In this document: positions 51,348-64,000 of the stretch, one piece after another | How positions within the stretch are numbered: position 1 is the first letter of the stretch | How the letters are laid out: each line of letters opens with the position of its first letter | Source: Octopus vulgaris | Lineage: Eukaryota | NCBI GenBank assembly: GCA_951406725.2 | Contig: OX597823.1 | Coordinates: 54,684,001-54,748,000 of the forward strand | Direction: 5' to 3' | Length of the DNA stretch: 64,000 nt | Notes under the pieces: model-generated | What the model saw: the letters and a program-made list of their open reading frames with translations, nothing else | What the model was told of the DNA's origin: nothing | Database searches by the model: none | Translations under genes and position numbers: made by a program

Positions 51348-54300
51348 AATAGGCTTCTTTCAGTTTCTGTCCACCAAATTCACTTACAAAGCTTTGGTTG
51401 GCTCAAGGCTATAAGAGAAGACACTTGCACAAGATGTCACGCAGTGGGACTCAGGCATTTTCAATTTTCCACAATTTTTTATTTTCACTCCACCTTATTG
51501 AAGAATCTGTCTTATGGACCTTTCCTGTGGAATTCTTAGTGCATGTCCATAGGACCAAAGCTATGACCTCTCAATGCAAAGAAGAATGCAGTTTGACACA
51601 GAAAGACTCTCTGATCTTTGAGTTATGCACCCTGTCAAGTAACATTAATTCTGAAATCCTTCAGCAGAATCCCATTTTGGCCACTTGTGTCTGTGTGTCA
51701 AAGAAAATAAAAAAAGAAAGGAAACAATCAATCAACCAATCACATTGATCTCAAAATGAGTAGATGTGGTTGTATAGAAGCTTGCTTCCCAACTATGGTT
51801 TCAGGTTCAGTCTCAATATGTGGCACCTTGGGCAAGTGTCTTCTACTATAGTCCTGGGCTAACCAAAGCCTTGTGAATGGACTTGATAGAAAGAAACTGA
51901 AAGAAGCCTGTCATCATCATCATCATCATCATCATCGTTTAACGTCCGCTTTCCATGCTAGCATGGGTTGGACGGTTTAACTGGGGTCTGGCGAGCCCGA
52001 AGGCTGCACCAGGCCAGTCAGATCTGGCAGTGTTTCTACAGCTGGATGCCCTTCCTAATATATATATATATATATATTTATATATGTATATACACACACA
52101 CACACACACACACATAATATATACATATAGATATATACATATATATATCTATGTTTGCCCTTGTGTGTGTGTCTGTGTTTCTCCCCCCACCACCATTGCT
52201 TTACAACCGATGCTGGTGTGTTTATGTCCCCATAACTTAGTGGTTTGGCAAAAGAGATCGATAAAATATGTAATAGGCTTACAAAGAATTCTTACAAAGA
52301 TTTCTTCAACTAAAGCCCTTTAAGACTGAAACAGGTAAAAGAAATAATAATAGTCTTGGAAAATCTGTAAAGTCTCTCAGAATAATCCCTTATCGAAATC
52401 AGCCTAATCAAACGGAAATAATGTGATATAGCACTTCTATTCCAAAATATGGGCCTACCTACTTAATCAGCAGGGTGGCAACATTCAAAATCAACAACAA
52501 TGCAAGGAAGTGCATTGTGATCAGTGGTGTGTAACAACATCCAAGAGTGTAATTGATACAGTGGTACAGTGATTCTATCCAACAGTACAAACTAGTTCAA
52601 GCCATGTATAACATCTTGTTATATCAGCTATCCATAGTAATTCTGGTTCCACCATAACCGACAGACAGAGTTATTTAATAAATTTTTTATCCTTGGTTTA
52701 TCTTGTGTCTTAAAAATAAAATTACAACTTAGATCAATGGTTCTCAATCTTTTTTTTTTTTTTTTTTTTTTACTTCAGAGCACACAGGAGATCAAATAAA
52801 AACAGTTACTGGCACACTTGGCATGTAAAGTTAATTACTAACTCACTCTGCATGGAAAGTTAAAAATAAAAAGTGCCAAAAATATAAACCGTGTTTTAAA
52901 TATCAAAACTTAGAGAGGAAAAAAAAAAAAAGAAAAATTATGAAAATTCTTGGTTATCTTGTTTTACTAATCATGAATAATGTTTTTCAAAGATACTCAA
53001 GCATTAGTATGAATTTTCTAAAATCAGGAATCAGTACAGTACACTGTAATCAGCTGTCACTGTGAGTGAGTATGGCTTGGTAACATGTTCTATGCTTTTA
53101 CTGATTGTTTAAAGTGTCTGTGTAATAACAAGCAGGCACTAATGCTCTCTCAGCTCCTTAATCTAGCTGCAGGCGTAGGGTGTGACAGCTAAAGGGAGAA
53201 AGGGCAGCACCACCAACAGCCAATTCGTATTCATTACAGCTGAATAAATTGGAACAATGTGAAATGAAGTACATTGCTCAAGAACACAACACACTGCTGC
53301 TTACTTCAGGAATTGAACCTGCAACCTTATAATCATGAGCTAAGCATCCTAACCACTAGGCCATGTGCCTGCACTAAAATCTTGAAATGTATTTTTGAAA
53401 ATCAGCAAATAACTTAAATATCCCCTGTAACACACTGGTGCACTGTGATGCACCTTTTGAGAATCTAGATACTGACCCAGACACTTCTGGGAAATTTATA
53501 TCTAAATCTGTGATGTTCCAAAAGATAATTTTTTTTAAAAAAGCACCTGTGCTGGTGTCACACAAATAGCACTTGTGCTGGGGCCATGTAAAAAGATTGT
53601 GCCCATGCTGGGGCAATGCCTTGCAGAACTTTAATTGAATGAACTGACCCCAATACTTATTTTTTTAAGTCAGGTACTAATTCTATCGATCTCTTTTGCC
53701 AAACTGCTAAGTGACGGGTACATAAGACACCAATACTGGTTGTCAAGTGGTGGTGGTGGGGTGGACAAACACACACAAAAACACACATGCACAAAAACAA
53801 ACGTACATATATACAATGGGCTTCTTTCAGTTCCTGTCTACCAAATCCACTCACAAGGCTTTGGTTGACCTTGGGCTATAGTAGAAGACATTTTACTCAA
53901 GGTGTCATGTAGTAGGACTGAACCATGTGGTTGGGAAGCAAATTCTTACAACAGAGCCTTTCAAGTAAAGATAGCATAAAAAGCATGTAGTCTCTTAAAC
54001 CTCTCATAATACGCATCACACTTATTCAAGAGCACAAATACATAACGTAAGGTCAGTGGGTGCTGATGTACTTAAATTAGTGAACAAAGGATGGTTTAAG
54101 TTAATTTACACCCTCAGTTGAAGAAAAAGAACTATTAATTTAATGAGTAGTTCAGGTAAAATATAGATAAGGGAGACAACTCTGAAATTTTAATTTACTG
54201 AAATTTAATGAATTACAATATATTTCACTCATGGTAAGGAGAAAAGAATTATTAGCTTAATGACTTGTGGTCAAGAATGGCATGAGAAACAATCTCAAAA

Positions 54301-54784
54301 TGAAAACTAGAAATTAAAATTAATTAGAAATAGTATGCAGACAATGGAATAATGAATGCGTCTGGTGTTGGCAATACAAAAATACAACTATATATCCAAC
54401 AGAATGGCTACAATGCCTGTTTTCTCAGTAAATGTCAGCTAGAAATAAATGAGTTGGTTTATTGTATAATGAATGTGATATAAATGACAATCACCTACAC
54501 CAACAATGCCGTAGTGATTTCAAAATCTTTTCTGCTGAGATAGAAGTAGTAAATACTCTAATTAGATTGCTTAAAGAAAAAAAAAAAAAAAGAGAAACCA
54601 CACACAAGGGAATGCAAGTTCAAATTACATTTTGTCGTTGTCTTGGTTATTTATAATGTAATAAACACGTAGAGCAACTGAAAGCATATGAAGTATATCG
54701 GAGAACAGAGAATCCTGATTTTGTTAGCCATTTCAATTTGAAATTCTCAGTGTTATCTGTATTGATTTTTTTTTTATTTGTTAC

Positions 54785-54867
54785 CTAGAAGGGAGAAGGA
54801 TTCTATCCTTAGCTCTTTTTAGGGACATTTTTTTTTTTTTGGTGTGAGAAAGAGATGAACTTGTCAT
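54785..54867 (-). CDS. candidate first coding exon segment MTSSSLSHTKKKKMSLKRAKDRILLPS (exon 54785-54965)
   Basis: Acceptor tgttcgcag| at 54966, in-frame upstream TAG, two in-frame ATGs (54867, 54828), donor AG|gtaaca, unique sequence. Confidence 0.4.
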
Positions 54868-55238
54868 GGCCTGTTGGTTGCTGGTCTAATCTCTGGTGGT
54901 GATTAGTTGAGTTGATGAATGAAAATGTGCGTCATGAGCTGCATATAGAAGTAACTTAACAACACCTGCGAACATTTAACAGATTTTATTATCACACATA
55001 AAACAAAATGTATTGGCTTTTTACAGATAGCAACAGCAATAATTACATTTTGGGAGCGAGATACTGTTTGGAGTTTACAACAAGCTATTAAACATGACAA
55101 CCTGCAGCTTGCCCAACATAACTGGAAACACCTATGCTTTCTTCATGATGATGAAAGTTCTTGATCACCTGTCTGAGCTATCTCTGTAGGCCATTTGGAG
55201 TGGCAAGAATGGAGACACATGTCATTCAGCTGCCTTAG

Positions 55239-55455
55239 CCCTTTCGTTACCAACCCGGCCAAAACCGGCTCTGGCTCTGTAATACCACTTGTTTTCATAA
55301 GTTTTGAATTAAAATATCCCACCAAACTTTAGTCACAATTTATGTTCCTAACACTAGCTGAATGATAACTAAGTTATTTTACTAAATTCTTTGTTATATT
55401 TAAAGTAATTGAAAGAAACACAGAGCATCTCAAAATAAATACAGTAACGAAAGGG
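55239..55455. mobile_element. piggyBac-type MITE
   Basis: TIRs CCCTTTCGTTAC / GTAACGAAAGGG flanked by TTAG / TTAA. Confidence 0.85.
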
Positions 55456-55967
55456 TTAACATTCTGCAATCAATTACTGCCAAAAGTGACCTTTTATAGG
55501 GCACAAGAAGAAGATTCTAGAAGATTGAATCATGTGATAGCTTCATGCTGATTGGTTAGTTAATAAGCCAATCATGTGAAGCTATGATTGTTTGCTTGTG
55601 ATGTCTGACTGCATATCAAGGGATTCAGGCTTGAATCTTCACTACAAACGTATCTTTAGATTGGAGGCCTAACCTTCAATGCATGTAATAGTGTAGACTT
55701 TACAACAAAGATACTCCTGAACATAAACGCCTGGTAGTGGCTGTAACTTGGGCAACAAATTATATCTGCTACCCAGGAATAAGAATACTCCTTCCAACAA
55801 ACTACCAAACTGCTTCCTTCAACCAAATTGCTTTCTTGAACCAAATTGCTTCCTTCTACCAAAATTCACTTCCTTTGGAACAAGATGTTTGGTTATGCAG
55901 TGAAAATGAACCTGAAATCACATAGGTTTCTAAACATACACATATGCCTTGGTCCATTAATATATTC

Positions 55968-55989
<22 letters not shown>

Positions 55990-56005
<16 letters not shown>

Positions 56006-56635
56006 CATTGTGTACAGTGCTCAGGTGCACTACAACTCGTCTAAAGTGTATGTATAGTACATAGGGTAATGTACAAGCGCCAGGAAAAGAACAGTGCATG
56101 AGTCATGACATACACATATGTGTATGAGTATGGAAAGGGGACAATCAGGTGTAGTTTTGGCGGATTTCGGAAAGCATGAGGGCCTTAAAGGATGCAGTGT
56201 CATGGCAGTCAACAACTGACGCAAGCAGTTTGTTCCATGCTTCAGCAACTCTGAGCGTGAAAAAATGTTTCTGAAAGTCATGGGAGCTGTGCTGTTTTCT
56301 GACTTTGTAGGCATGTCCACGTGTTATGGACACATGGAAATCAAAAAGGTGTTCAGTGTTGTTGTTGGTGAGGTGGTTGATAACTTTGTGGGTGTTTACC
56401 AAGTCCATCGCCAGACGCCGGAGCTTCAGTGAATCCATGCCCAGGGAAACAAGGCGCTCAGAGTATGGTAGGTGTCTGATGGAGGGTATGCATTTAGTTG
56501 CACGTCTCTGAACAGATTCCAGGAGGTCAATGTTCTGAGCAAGATAGGGGTTCCAAACTGATGATGCGAATTCCAAGTGTGGTCGTACCATAGCTGCATA
56601 CAGCTTTAAATAGATGGCTGGAGAGCGGCTAACAC
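55990..56635 (-). mobile_element. CR1-clade LINE 5'-truncated 3' fragment
   Basis: ORF 56145-56591: VRPHLEFASSVWNP, LESVQRRATK, YSERL, LRRL..DL, TRGH, FFTLRV..AWNKL. The 3' tail GTAGTGCACCTGAGCACTGTA + (TTA)n is also seen at 1-25 and about 3615. Confidence 0.92.
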
Positions 56636-57175
56636 ATATTATAAAATGCTGTAAATTTAGAATTATTCCAATAGTGTTGCCATTTAGATTACATGCAATC
56701 TCTCTTTATGTCAACGTTACATTAATTTAGTATTACCAAATCTATTGCAATGAGCAAGAAAAAATATGACACGGTACTGAGGAAGGGATAGCATCATCTC
56801 AATGACAATATTAGCTCAAACGATGTTTGAACTAATATTATCTATTTCTTATTGCATAATTTTCTTTTCTAATTTGGTTTATGATCCTCATTACTTTAAA
56901 TATACTGAAAAAAACTTAACTGTTAATTTTTGTGCAGATGGTGCAGAATTGGCTGTATGGTTAATAAGTGTGCTTGCCAAGCATATGATTTGAGGTTCAG
57001 TCCCATTATGTGAAGACTTGGGCAAGTACCTTCTACTATAGCTCTAGGCTGATCAAAGCATTGTGAGTGGTTGACAGAATCTGAAAACTCATCATATATT
57101 ATGTGTGTATATATATATCTTCCAGGTATCATGTATCCCAAAAAGAAGCACTCTCTAAAACAGAATTTCAGGTTT

Positions 57176-57236
57176 AGAGTTTGATTAGCCATCCATGGGG
57201 CAAGCCCTTCATGGATGTGAAACCATTGGTTACTCT
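57176..57236 (+). ncRNA. degenerate type I hammerhead between (TA)n tracts
   Basis: AGAGU-UUGAUUA-G-C-CAUCCAUG..CAUGGAUG-U-GAAACCA-U-UGGUU-ACUCU. Helices intact; core positions 3 and 8 do not pair. Confidence 0.55.
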
Positions 57237-57261
57237 GTGAACGGACATAGACTTAACTGCA

Positions 57262-57312
<51 letters not shown>

Positions 57313-57413
57313 CTTTATTCCTTTGGAATGAAACCATGTGGTCTTCGAAACATATGTTGAGAGTAAAGGAATTTTGTTAACATCTTTGTTTGACTCCATT
57401 CTTTCATTTATTC

Positions 57414-57444
<31 letters not shown>

Positions 57445-58050
57445 CATATACATATGCATATATGTGTGTGTATTCTTGTCTTAATCTAATGTAAATGAAT
57501 GATATTTATTTCCATTATTCTGCAAAAATGTCTAGCTGAGACGTTATCTTGATTGAGAACGGGTAAGGGTTGGTGACAGTGAGGGCATCGAATTGTAGTA
57601 AATCTGAATATACTTCGTCTGATCTATGTAAGCATGGAAAAGTGAACATAAAAAAAGTTTTTAAAAAATCAAAGATGATGATGATGATGATGGTATCTCA
57701 GAGTAATTAATCTGAGTATTTATCATGCATTTAGTAATTTATTTTACATTTATTACACATTTCTTTGTAAAAATGAACCAAAGTTCTGTGCCAAGTCAAC
57801 CCTTTTGTACATGCATGGTTAACTTGTTCCAAATTCATTGAAACAGGGTTGAATTCAACCCTTAGATTTATGGAAACTGCTCTGAGTTCAATTTTGGATT
57901 CACTTTGAATAATGTGAATTTGAATACTTTTATGGGCATACATAGAGCATTCTAGAAGTATTAAGATTTTTTAGGAGAGGTGGTGGTAACTGTCCTAGGT
58001 TATTGCAATTTTAATATATCATTACTATACATCTAATAAACTGGCTTAAT

Positions 58051-58271
58051 CTTTTACTCTTTTATTTGTTTCAGTCATTTGACTGTGGCCATGCTGGAGC
58101 ACCACCTTTAATCGAGCAAATTAACCCCAGGACTTATTCTTTGTAAGCCTAGTACTTATTCTATTGGTCTCTTTTGCTGAACCGCTAAGTTACAGGGACG
58201 TAAACATACCAGCATCAGTTGTCAAACGATGTTGGGGGGACAAACAAAGACACACAAACATATACAGACAC

Positions 58272-58329
<58 letters not shown>

Positions 58330-58600
58330 TTTATTTAAAAGCAGCAGAATAAAGCATATTACTCTACCCCTGGTATTTGAGTACTCTTTTTTCCACCTTG
58401 TTTCACATTTATGTGTTTACTCCAGTATATACATATATATATATACACATATATACGATGGGCTTCTTTCAGTTTCTGTCTACTAAATCCACTCACAATC
58501 CGAAGCTATAGTAGAGAACACTTGCCCAAAGCACCACGTAGTGGAACTGAACCTGGAACCATGTGGTTGGTAAGCAAGCTACTTACCACACAGCCATTCC
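58051..58600 (-). mobile_element. family A SINE with a roughly 100-bp insert in its (TA)n
   Basis: SINE halves flank 58327-58427. Confidence 0.85.
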
Positions 58601-58729
58601 GATGACTTGCCAACAATTTTTTTTTTATTCCAGATTGAAGGGGATGGTTATAAAAACACTTTCAACACACTCTGATAAACACTGCTTGTCACAGCTGATT
58701 AGTTTGCAGAATGCAGTCAGGATCTGAAA

Positions 58730-59644
58730 ACAATTTGGACGCTTGTTATGTAATAAAGTTTTGTATAAAATCGGGCAAAAGTGCTACAGACACTTATGAA
58801 ATGCTCCAGACTTCTTATGGATTAACTTGTATGAGCCAAGCATCCGTTTTTGCTGGTACAAGAGGTTCAAGGACAGCATAGAAGAAGTGAATGATGAGAG
58901 GTATGAGAGGGAGAGGAACATCAGAAGAACTGGTTGAGAAAATTCACAATTTTTTGCATGAAGACCATTGTGTCTATAAGGACAATAAGTGTATAGTTTA
59001 GAGTTGGTGTGGCAAATGTACAGAGAATTATTCATGACTACTCCAAACAAGCTCAAAAAGAAAGATACTTTGGTGACAGCAGGGAGATGGTTGAGCTCAT
59101 TACCTTTCAATCCAAGAGTACACGAGTCTCTGGTGACTTGTGACGAAAGCTGGATCTACTGTTATGATTTAGAGATCAAGAATCAGAGTGTCCAATGGAA
59201 GCATTCTGGTTTCCCCAGACCAAAGAATGTCAGACAAAGCATGTCCACCAGGAAGCTCATGATAATTCCCTATTTTGACAGTCAAGGCATCATTTACATC
59301 CAGTGGGTTCCCTCTGGCCAGACAGTCAACAAAGAGTAATTTGTAAAGATTTTGAGGGACTTCAGGAAGGGATTTCACCACAAAAGGCACCGCTCGGTTT
59401 GTAGCTTGCACCAGAACAATACACCAGTCCACTCTTCCATTCTGGTAACCAATTACTTGATAGATATGGACATCAAAACTGTCTCTCACCCTCCCTATAA
59501 TCTACATTTTGCTCCCTGTAGCTTTTTGTTTTTCCCAGAGCTGAAGGAAACTATGACAAAGGTCCTGGACATTTTCACTTTGGAGGGCTTCTATAGCGGG
59601 GGATGTTTCCCAAAATCTAAAAACTTTTGGAATGCACCTTGTAA
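58730..59644 (+). pseudogene. mariner (DD34D, irritans-like) transposase, multiply disrupted
   Basis: KFCIKSGKSATDTYEML; LVTCDESWIYCYD; WVPSGQTVN; LHQNNTPVH; HPPY..FAPCSFLFFPELKE. Confidence 0.88.
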
Positions 59645-60225
59645 CTAGGAGAGTGATGGGGTCCTACAACTTACTCTTTTAGTTTCAGCAACAGACTTTA
59701 TCCCTCCTAATGAAAAAAACTCTAAAGGAAGTCCTAAAGAAGTTTAATATATTGCTCTTAGACAAATGGTGAACCTGCGACATCATTTAGCAGAATTCCA
59801 TACAGTTACAGTTTGTTGTCATTGTCATCATGATCACCAACATCATTATTTAACTTCCACTTTTCCATGCTCATATGGGTCAGACAGGGTTTGCTGAGGT
59901 TGATTTTCTATGGCTGAGGTTGATTTTCTTCCTGTCACTGAACCTCACATTTTTTCAAGTAAGATAATAATGACAAGACATATTTCCATGAAAGATTGGA
60001 AACAAAGGACACCACCATGAAGGTGACACTCATTTACAACAATCACATGATGTGAAGGAAAGAAGACAGTAACACATACATATACACACACATGTGCACG
60101 TGCACGCACACACACACACGTACACACACACAACATGTTTCTTTTAGTTTCCATCTGCCAAATCCTCTCACAAGGCTTTGGTCAGCCTGGGACTATAGTA
60201 TGAAGTGGGGAGAAAGACAAATGAC

Positions 60226-60264
<39 letters not shown>

Positions 60265-62360
60265 CTATCATCATCATCATCATTATCATCATCATCATCA
60301 TCATTCAATGTCCTTTTTCCATACTGGTATTGGTTAGATGGTTTAACAGGAACTGGTAAGTGGTAAGTTGGAGGGCTCCAGTTGTCTGTTTTGGTATGGT
60401 TTCTACAGCTGCATGCCCTTTCTAATGCCAACTGCTTTATATGGTGTACTCAATGCTTTTTTACACGGCGATGGCACAGGTGCCTTTTTATGTGGCACTA
60501 GAACATGTTCTCTGTATGTGGTGCTGGCACAGGTACTTTTTATGTGATGGATGGCTGGATACATTTAAGTGGCACTGGCAAGGAATGACAAAAAACTGAA
60601 AGAGGCAATACATCAGCCCAGGCAGAAAAAGCAGATGGTGTTGGAGTGGTTAGAGACAGTGAGTGGGGAATGAAAGACTGAGACGAAGTGAAAGACAAAG
60701 ACAGTCTACACCAGTCATGGACAAACTGTGTGGGGACTTTCTGAATAAAATTACCTTCAAGTCTTTTAGTAGTGTGACTCATCTGATGATGAGTGACTCA
60801 TCTGATGATGATCCATTTTTCTTGTGGCTTCCTTTGCAAAAAAGGCTGCCATGCTTGGTCTACTCCCAGAAAATTATTTAAGAATGTTTAAATAAAAGGC
60901 ACTCCTAGAATTCTATCTAGAAACAGCTGCTCTGGATGTAGAAGGCATGTGGCCAAGTGGTTAGGGTATTTGGCTCATGATTGTAAGGTTGTGAGTTCAA
61001 TTCCCAGTGGTATATTGTGTCCTTGAGCAAAGTACTTAATTTCATGTTGCACCCATCCACTCAGCTGGCAAAAATAAGTTGCATTAGTATCTCAAAGGGT
61101 CAGCCTTGTTACACTTTGTGTCATGCTCAATCTTCCTGAGAACAATATTAAGGGTCCATGTGTCTGTGAATGTTAACTTCATGAGCAGGCTGTTCTGTTG
61201 ATTGGATCAACTGGAACCCTTGTTACCATAACTGATGGAATGCCACTCTTTTTTGTAAGACACAAGGAATTTTCTTTCTCTTCACTCCTGATTGCTAAAC
61301 TACAAATGCTCTTTATAGCAAAAAAAAACCAAATAAACAAACAAAAAAATAACAAAACAATGAAAACACATTCTGTGAATTTTCTTTAAACTGTAATTAT
61401 TTTCCAGCTTTTAGAAATACACTGTGTCATAAAATGTTTATTAACATATTTCAGGTTATATCTTCTTTATCTTTTACTTATTTCACTCATTAGACTGTGG
61501 CCATTCTGGGGCACCACCTTGAAAAATTTTAGTCAAACAAATGTACTCATTTTTTAAAACTCTGGTACTTATATTAGGCTCTTTTGCAAAACTGCTAAGT
61601 TACAGGTACATGAATATACCAATACCAGTTGTCAAGTGGTGGTAGGGGATGAACACAGATACACACACACACACATACAACAAGCTTTTTTGAGTTTCTG
61701 TCCACCAATTCTATTTGTAAGGTTTTGGTTGGCTCAAGGCCATAGCAGAAGACATTTGGCCAAGTGGCCATGCAGTGGGACTGAACCCTGAACCATCTTG
61801 AGAAGCAAATATCTTACCACACAGCTAAACCTGCTGATGATTTCTAAAAAGAATGAAATAATGCTGCACATGATTACCACTGACTAGAAATTTTAAGAAT
61901 TTCATAATAAGTGTATTTCTGTAAATCTTTCTTAATTTCAAATTCAAACTCCTAATCCTGCAAAATTTATGAAGAAATGATTGTCTCCCTTGTATTAACT
62001 GTCCACAAGGAATGGTACATGCTAGAATTCTAAATTTATAAAGTGAAGGAGAGGTGACGAACCTCTCTGTGACTTCTCTCACTTCTTATCATTAAATACT
62101 TTACATGATCATCATCGTTTAGATGTCCACATTTCGATGCTTGCAAGAGTTGAATGGAATTTATTGAGACAGATTTTTCTATGGCTGGATGCCCGTCTTT
62201 TTGCAAACCCTTACTTGTTTCCAAGCAAGGTAATATTTCTCCCATGGTCAGACATGTTTTAAAAGAAGAATGGAAATGAATAACACTCACAACTATCATG
62301 TGATATCAAGGCAAAGAGACAGCAACACACACACACGTACATTTATATATCTTATATGTA

Positions 62361-62735
62361 TTCTTTTATTTGTTTCAATTATTTGACTGTGGCCATGCTG
62401 GAGCACTGCCATTAGTTGAAAAAATCGACTCCAGGACTTATTCTTTGTAAGCCTAGTACTTATTCCATCGGTCTCTTTTACTGAACTGCTAAGTTACGGT
62501 GACGTAAACACACCAGCATCAGTTGTCAAGCAATGGTGGGGGTACAAACACACATGCACACACACGCACACATATATACAACAGGCTTCTTTCAGTTTCC
62601 ATCCACCAACCCACTCACAAGGCTTTGGTCAACCCAAGGCCATAGTAGAAGACACTTGCCCAAAGTGCCACACAGTGGGACTGAACCTGAAGCCATGTGG
62701 TTGGTAAGCAAGCTACTTACCATACAGCCACTCCT
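62361..62735 (-). mobile_element. family A SINE
   Basis: Full-length match. Confidence 0.85.
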
Positions 62736-63020
62736 GCACCTGTATGTGTGTGTATATATATATATGTATGTATCATCATCATCATCATTTAATGTCTGTT
62801 TTACTTGCTGGCACAGGTTGAATGGTTTGGCTAGTGGTGGCAAGCTGGAAAGCTGCACCAGGTTTCAGTTGACTTTTACGGTTGGATGCCTTTCCCAATG
62901 CCAACCATTTTACAGAATGTACTGGGTGCTTTTTACATATTACTGGTACAAGTACTTATTACATGGCACAGGACTGATAGAGTCATTGAGTAACATGCAG
63001 GACAAAACCCACTAACCACA

Positions 63021-63429
63021 TATGAATCGTTGGTGATTTTCTTCCTCTGTCTTCCCTTCTACTGGACTCTCCTCTGTTTCCAAAGAAGAGCACTTGCTCA
63101 AAACATTAAACCATCTTTCTTTCCTTTCCTGAGCATTTGCTAACACATTACATGTGCGACATCCTTGCGTTGTTTTTTGTGTTTGTTCTTTTTGGATTTA
63201 CTATATATATATATATATATATATATACATACCACGTGTGTATCATTGGCGATTGTTTTCCTCCCTTTTCCCTTCCTTGGATCTTTCCTTTTCCTATGTT
63301 TCTGACGAAGAGCTCCGCTTGAAACGTTAATCCTCCTTCTTTCTTTCCTTTCCTGAGTGTCCAATAACACTATACTTGTTCCATGTCCTCGCATTGTTGT
63401 GTTTTCTCTTTGTGTTTTTATGTTTGGAT

Positions 63430-63434
<5 letters not shown>
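63021..63434 (+). mobile_element. two tandem HHR-bearing units (about 180-195 bp each), each ending at (TA)n
   Basis: 63021-63202 and 63240-63434 align, and both end TTTGGATT(T/A)AC(TA)n. Confidence 0.75.
63298..63332 (+). ncRNA. minimal type I hammerhead (decayed sister at 63076-63111)
   Basis: GUUU-CUGACGA-A-GAGC(UCC)GCUU-GAAAC-GUU-AAUC. The sister copy gives GCUC and AAAC, completing helices II and I. Confidence 0.7.
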
Positions 63435-63460
<26 letters not shown>

Positions 63461-64000
63461 GTGCCTGTGGCACGTAAAAAAACACCATCCGAGCGTGGCC
63501 GTTCACCAGCCTCGTCTGGCACCTGTGTCGGTGGCACATAAAAAGCACCCACTACACTCACGGAGTGGTTGGCGTTAGGAAGGGCATCCAGCTGTAGAAA
63601 CACTGCCAGATCTGACTGGCCTGGTGCAGCCTTCGGGCTTTCCAGACCCCAGTTGAACCGTCCAACCCATGCTAGCATGGAAAGCAGACGCTAAACGATG
63701 ATGATGATGATAATGATATATATATATATCATCATCATCATCATCAGTAGTTAATATATCCCAAAAAGAAGCACACTTTAAAGCATTAGAGCAGTAATAC
63801 ATTTTTTAGGAAGTTAAAAGTTATGGCCAATCACAGAGTGATCATTGTTTTGCACCAATAAAACACTTAACTGTATAGGCAACTCATCAGGCTCAAATGG
63901 CTGAAGGTGCATAACCTCTCTACAACTGGAGGAAGAAATATGTAAGAGTCAGTTGGTTTTGTAAACAAAAAATAATTGTCCATGCTGTAGTTAGTAGGAC

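Noticed and set aside
55656-55925. ORFs with a 3x 18-bp repeat and a minus-strand tttcag acceptor at about 55912
   Set aside because: No good donor found. Could be UTR, but unsupported.

Overview
AT-rich, repeat-saturated eukaryotic DNA. The tRNA-headed SINE families and extreme microsatellite load look like an octopus (coleoid cephalopod) intron or intergenic region, but the organism is inferred from repeat style, not proven. There is no intact long gene; nearly all ORFs in the supplied track are microsatellite artefacts. Recognisable content: decayed Tc1/mariner, hAT and piggyBac-type DNA elements; a Helitron Pif1 helicase remnant; RTE, CR1, L1/Tx1 and R4-like LINE fragments; dozens of SINEs; mini- and microsatellites; and a few short candidate minus-strand exons of an unidentified host gene. 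The standout signal is about 12 hammerhead-ribozyme (HHR) folds from about 8 sequence families, read by hand. They lie in short inserts, mostly beside (TA)n tracts and often as head-to-head inverted pairs. Two Penelope-like (PLE) protein remnants (GIY-YIG C-terminus, RT thumb) support a PLE pseudo-LTR origin. Two families carry compensatory core swaps (G3-C8 and U3-A8 instead of C3-G8) with a UUU cleavage triplet. One family places a tRNA-like Pol III head upstream of its HHR, directly after the PLE stop codon.
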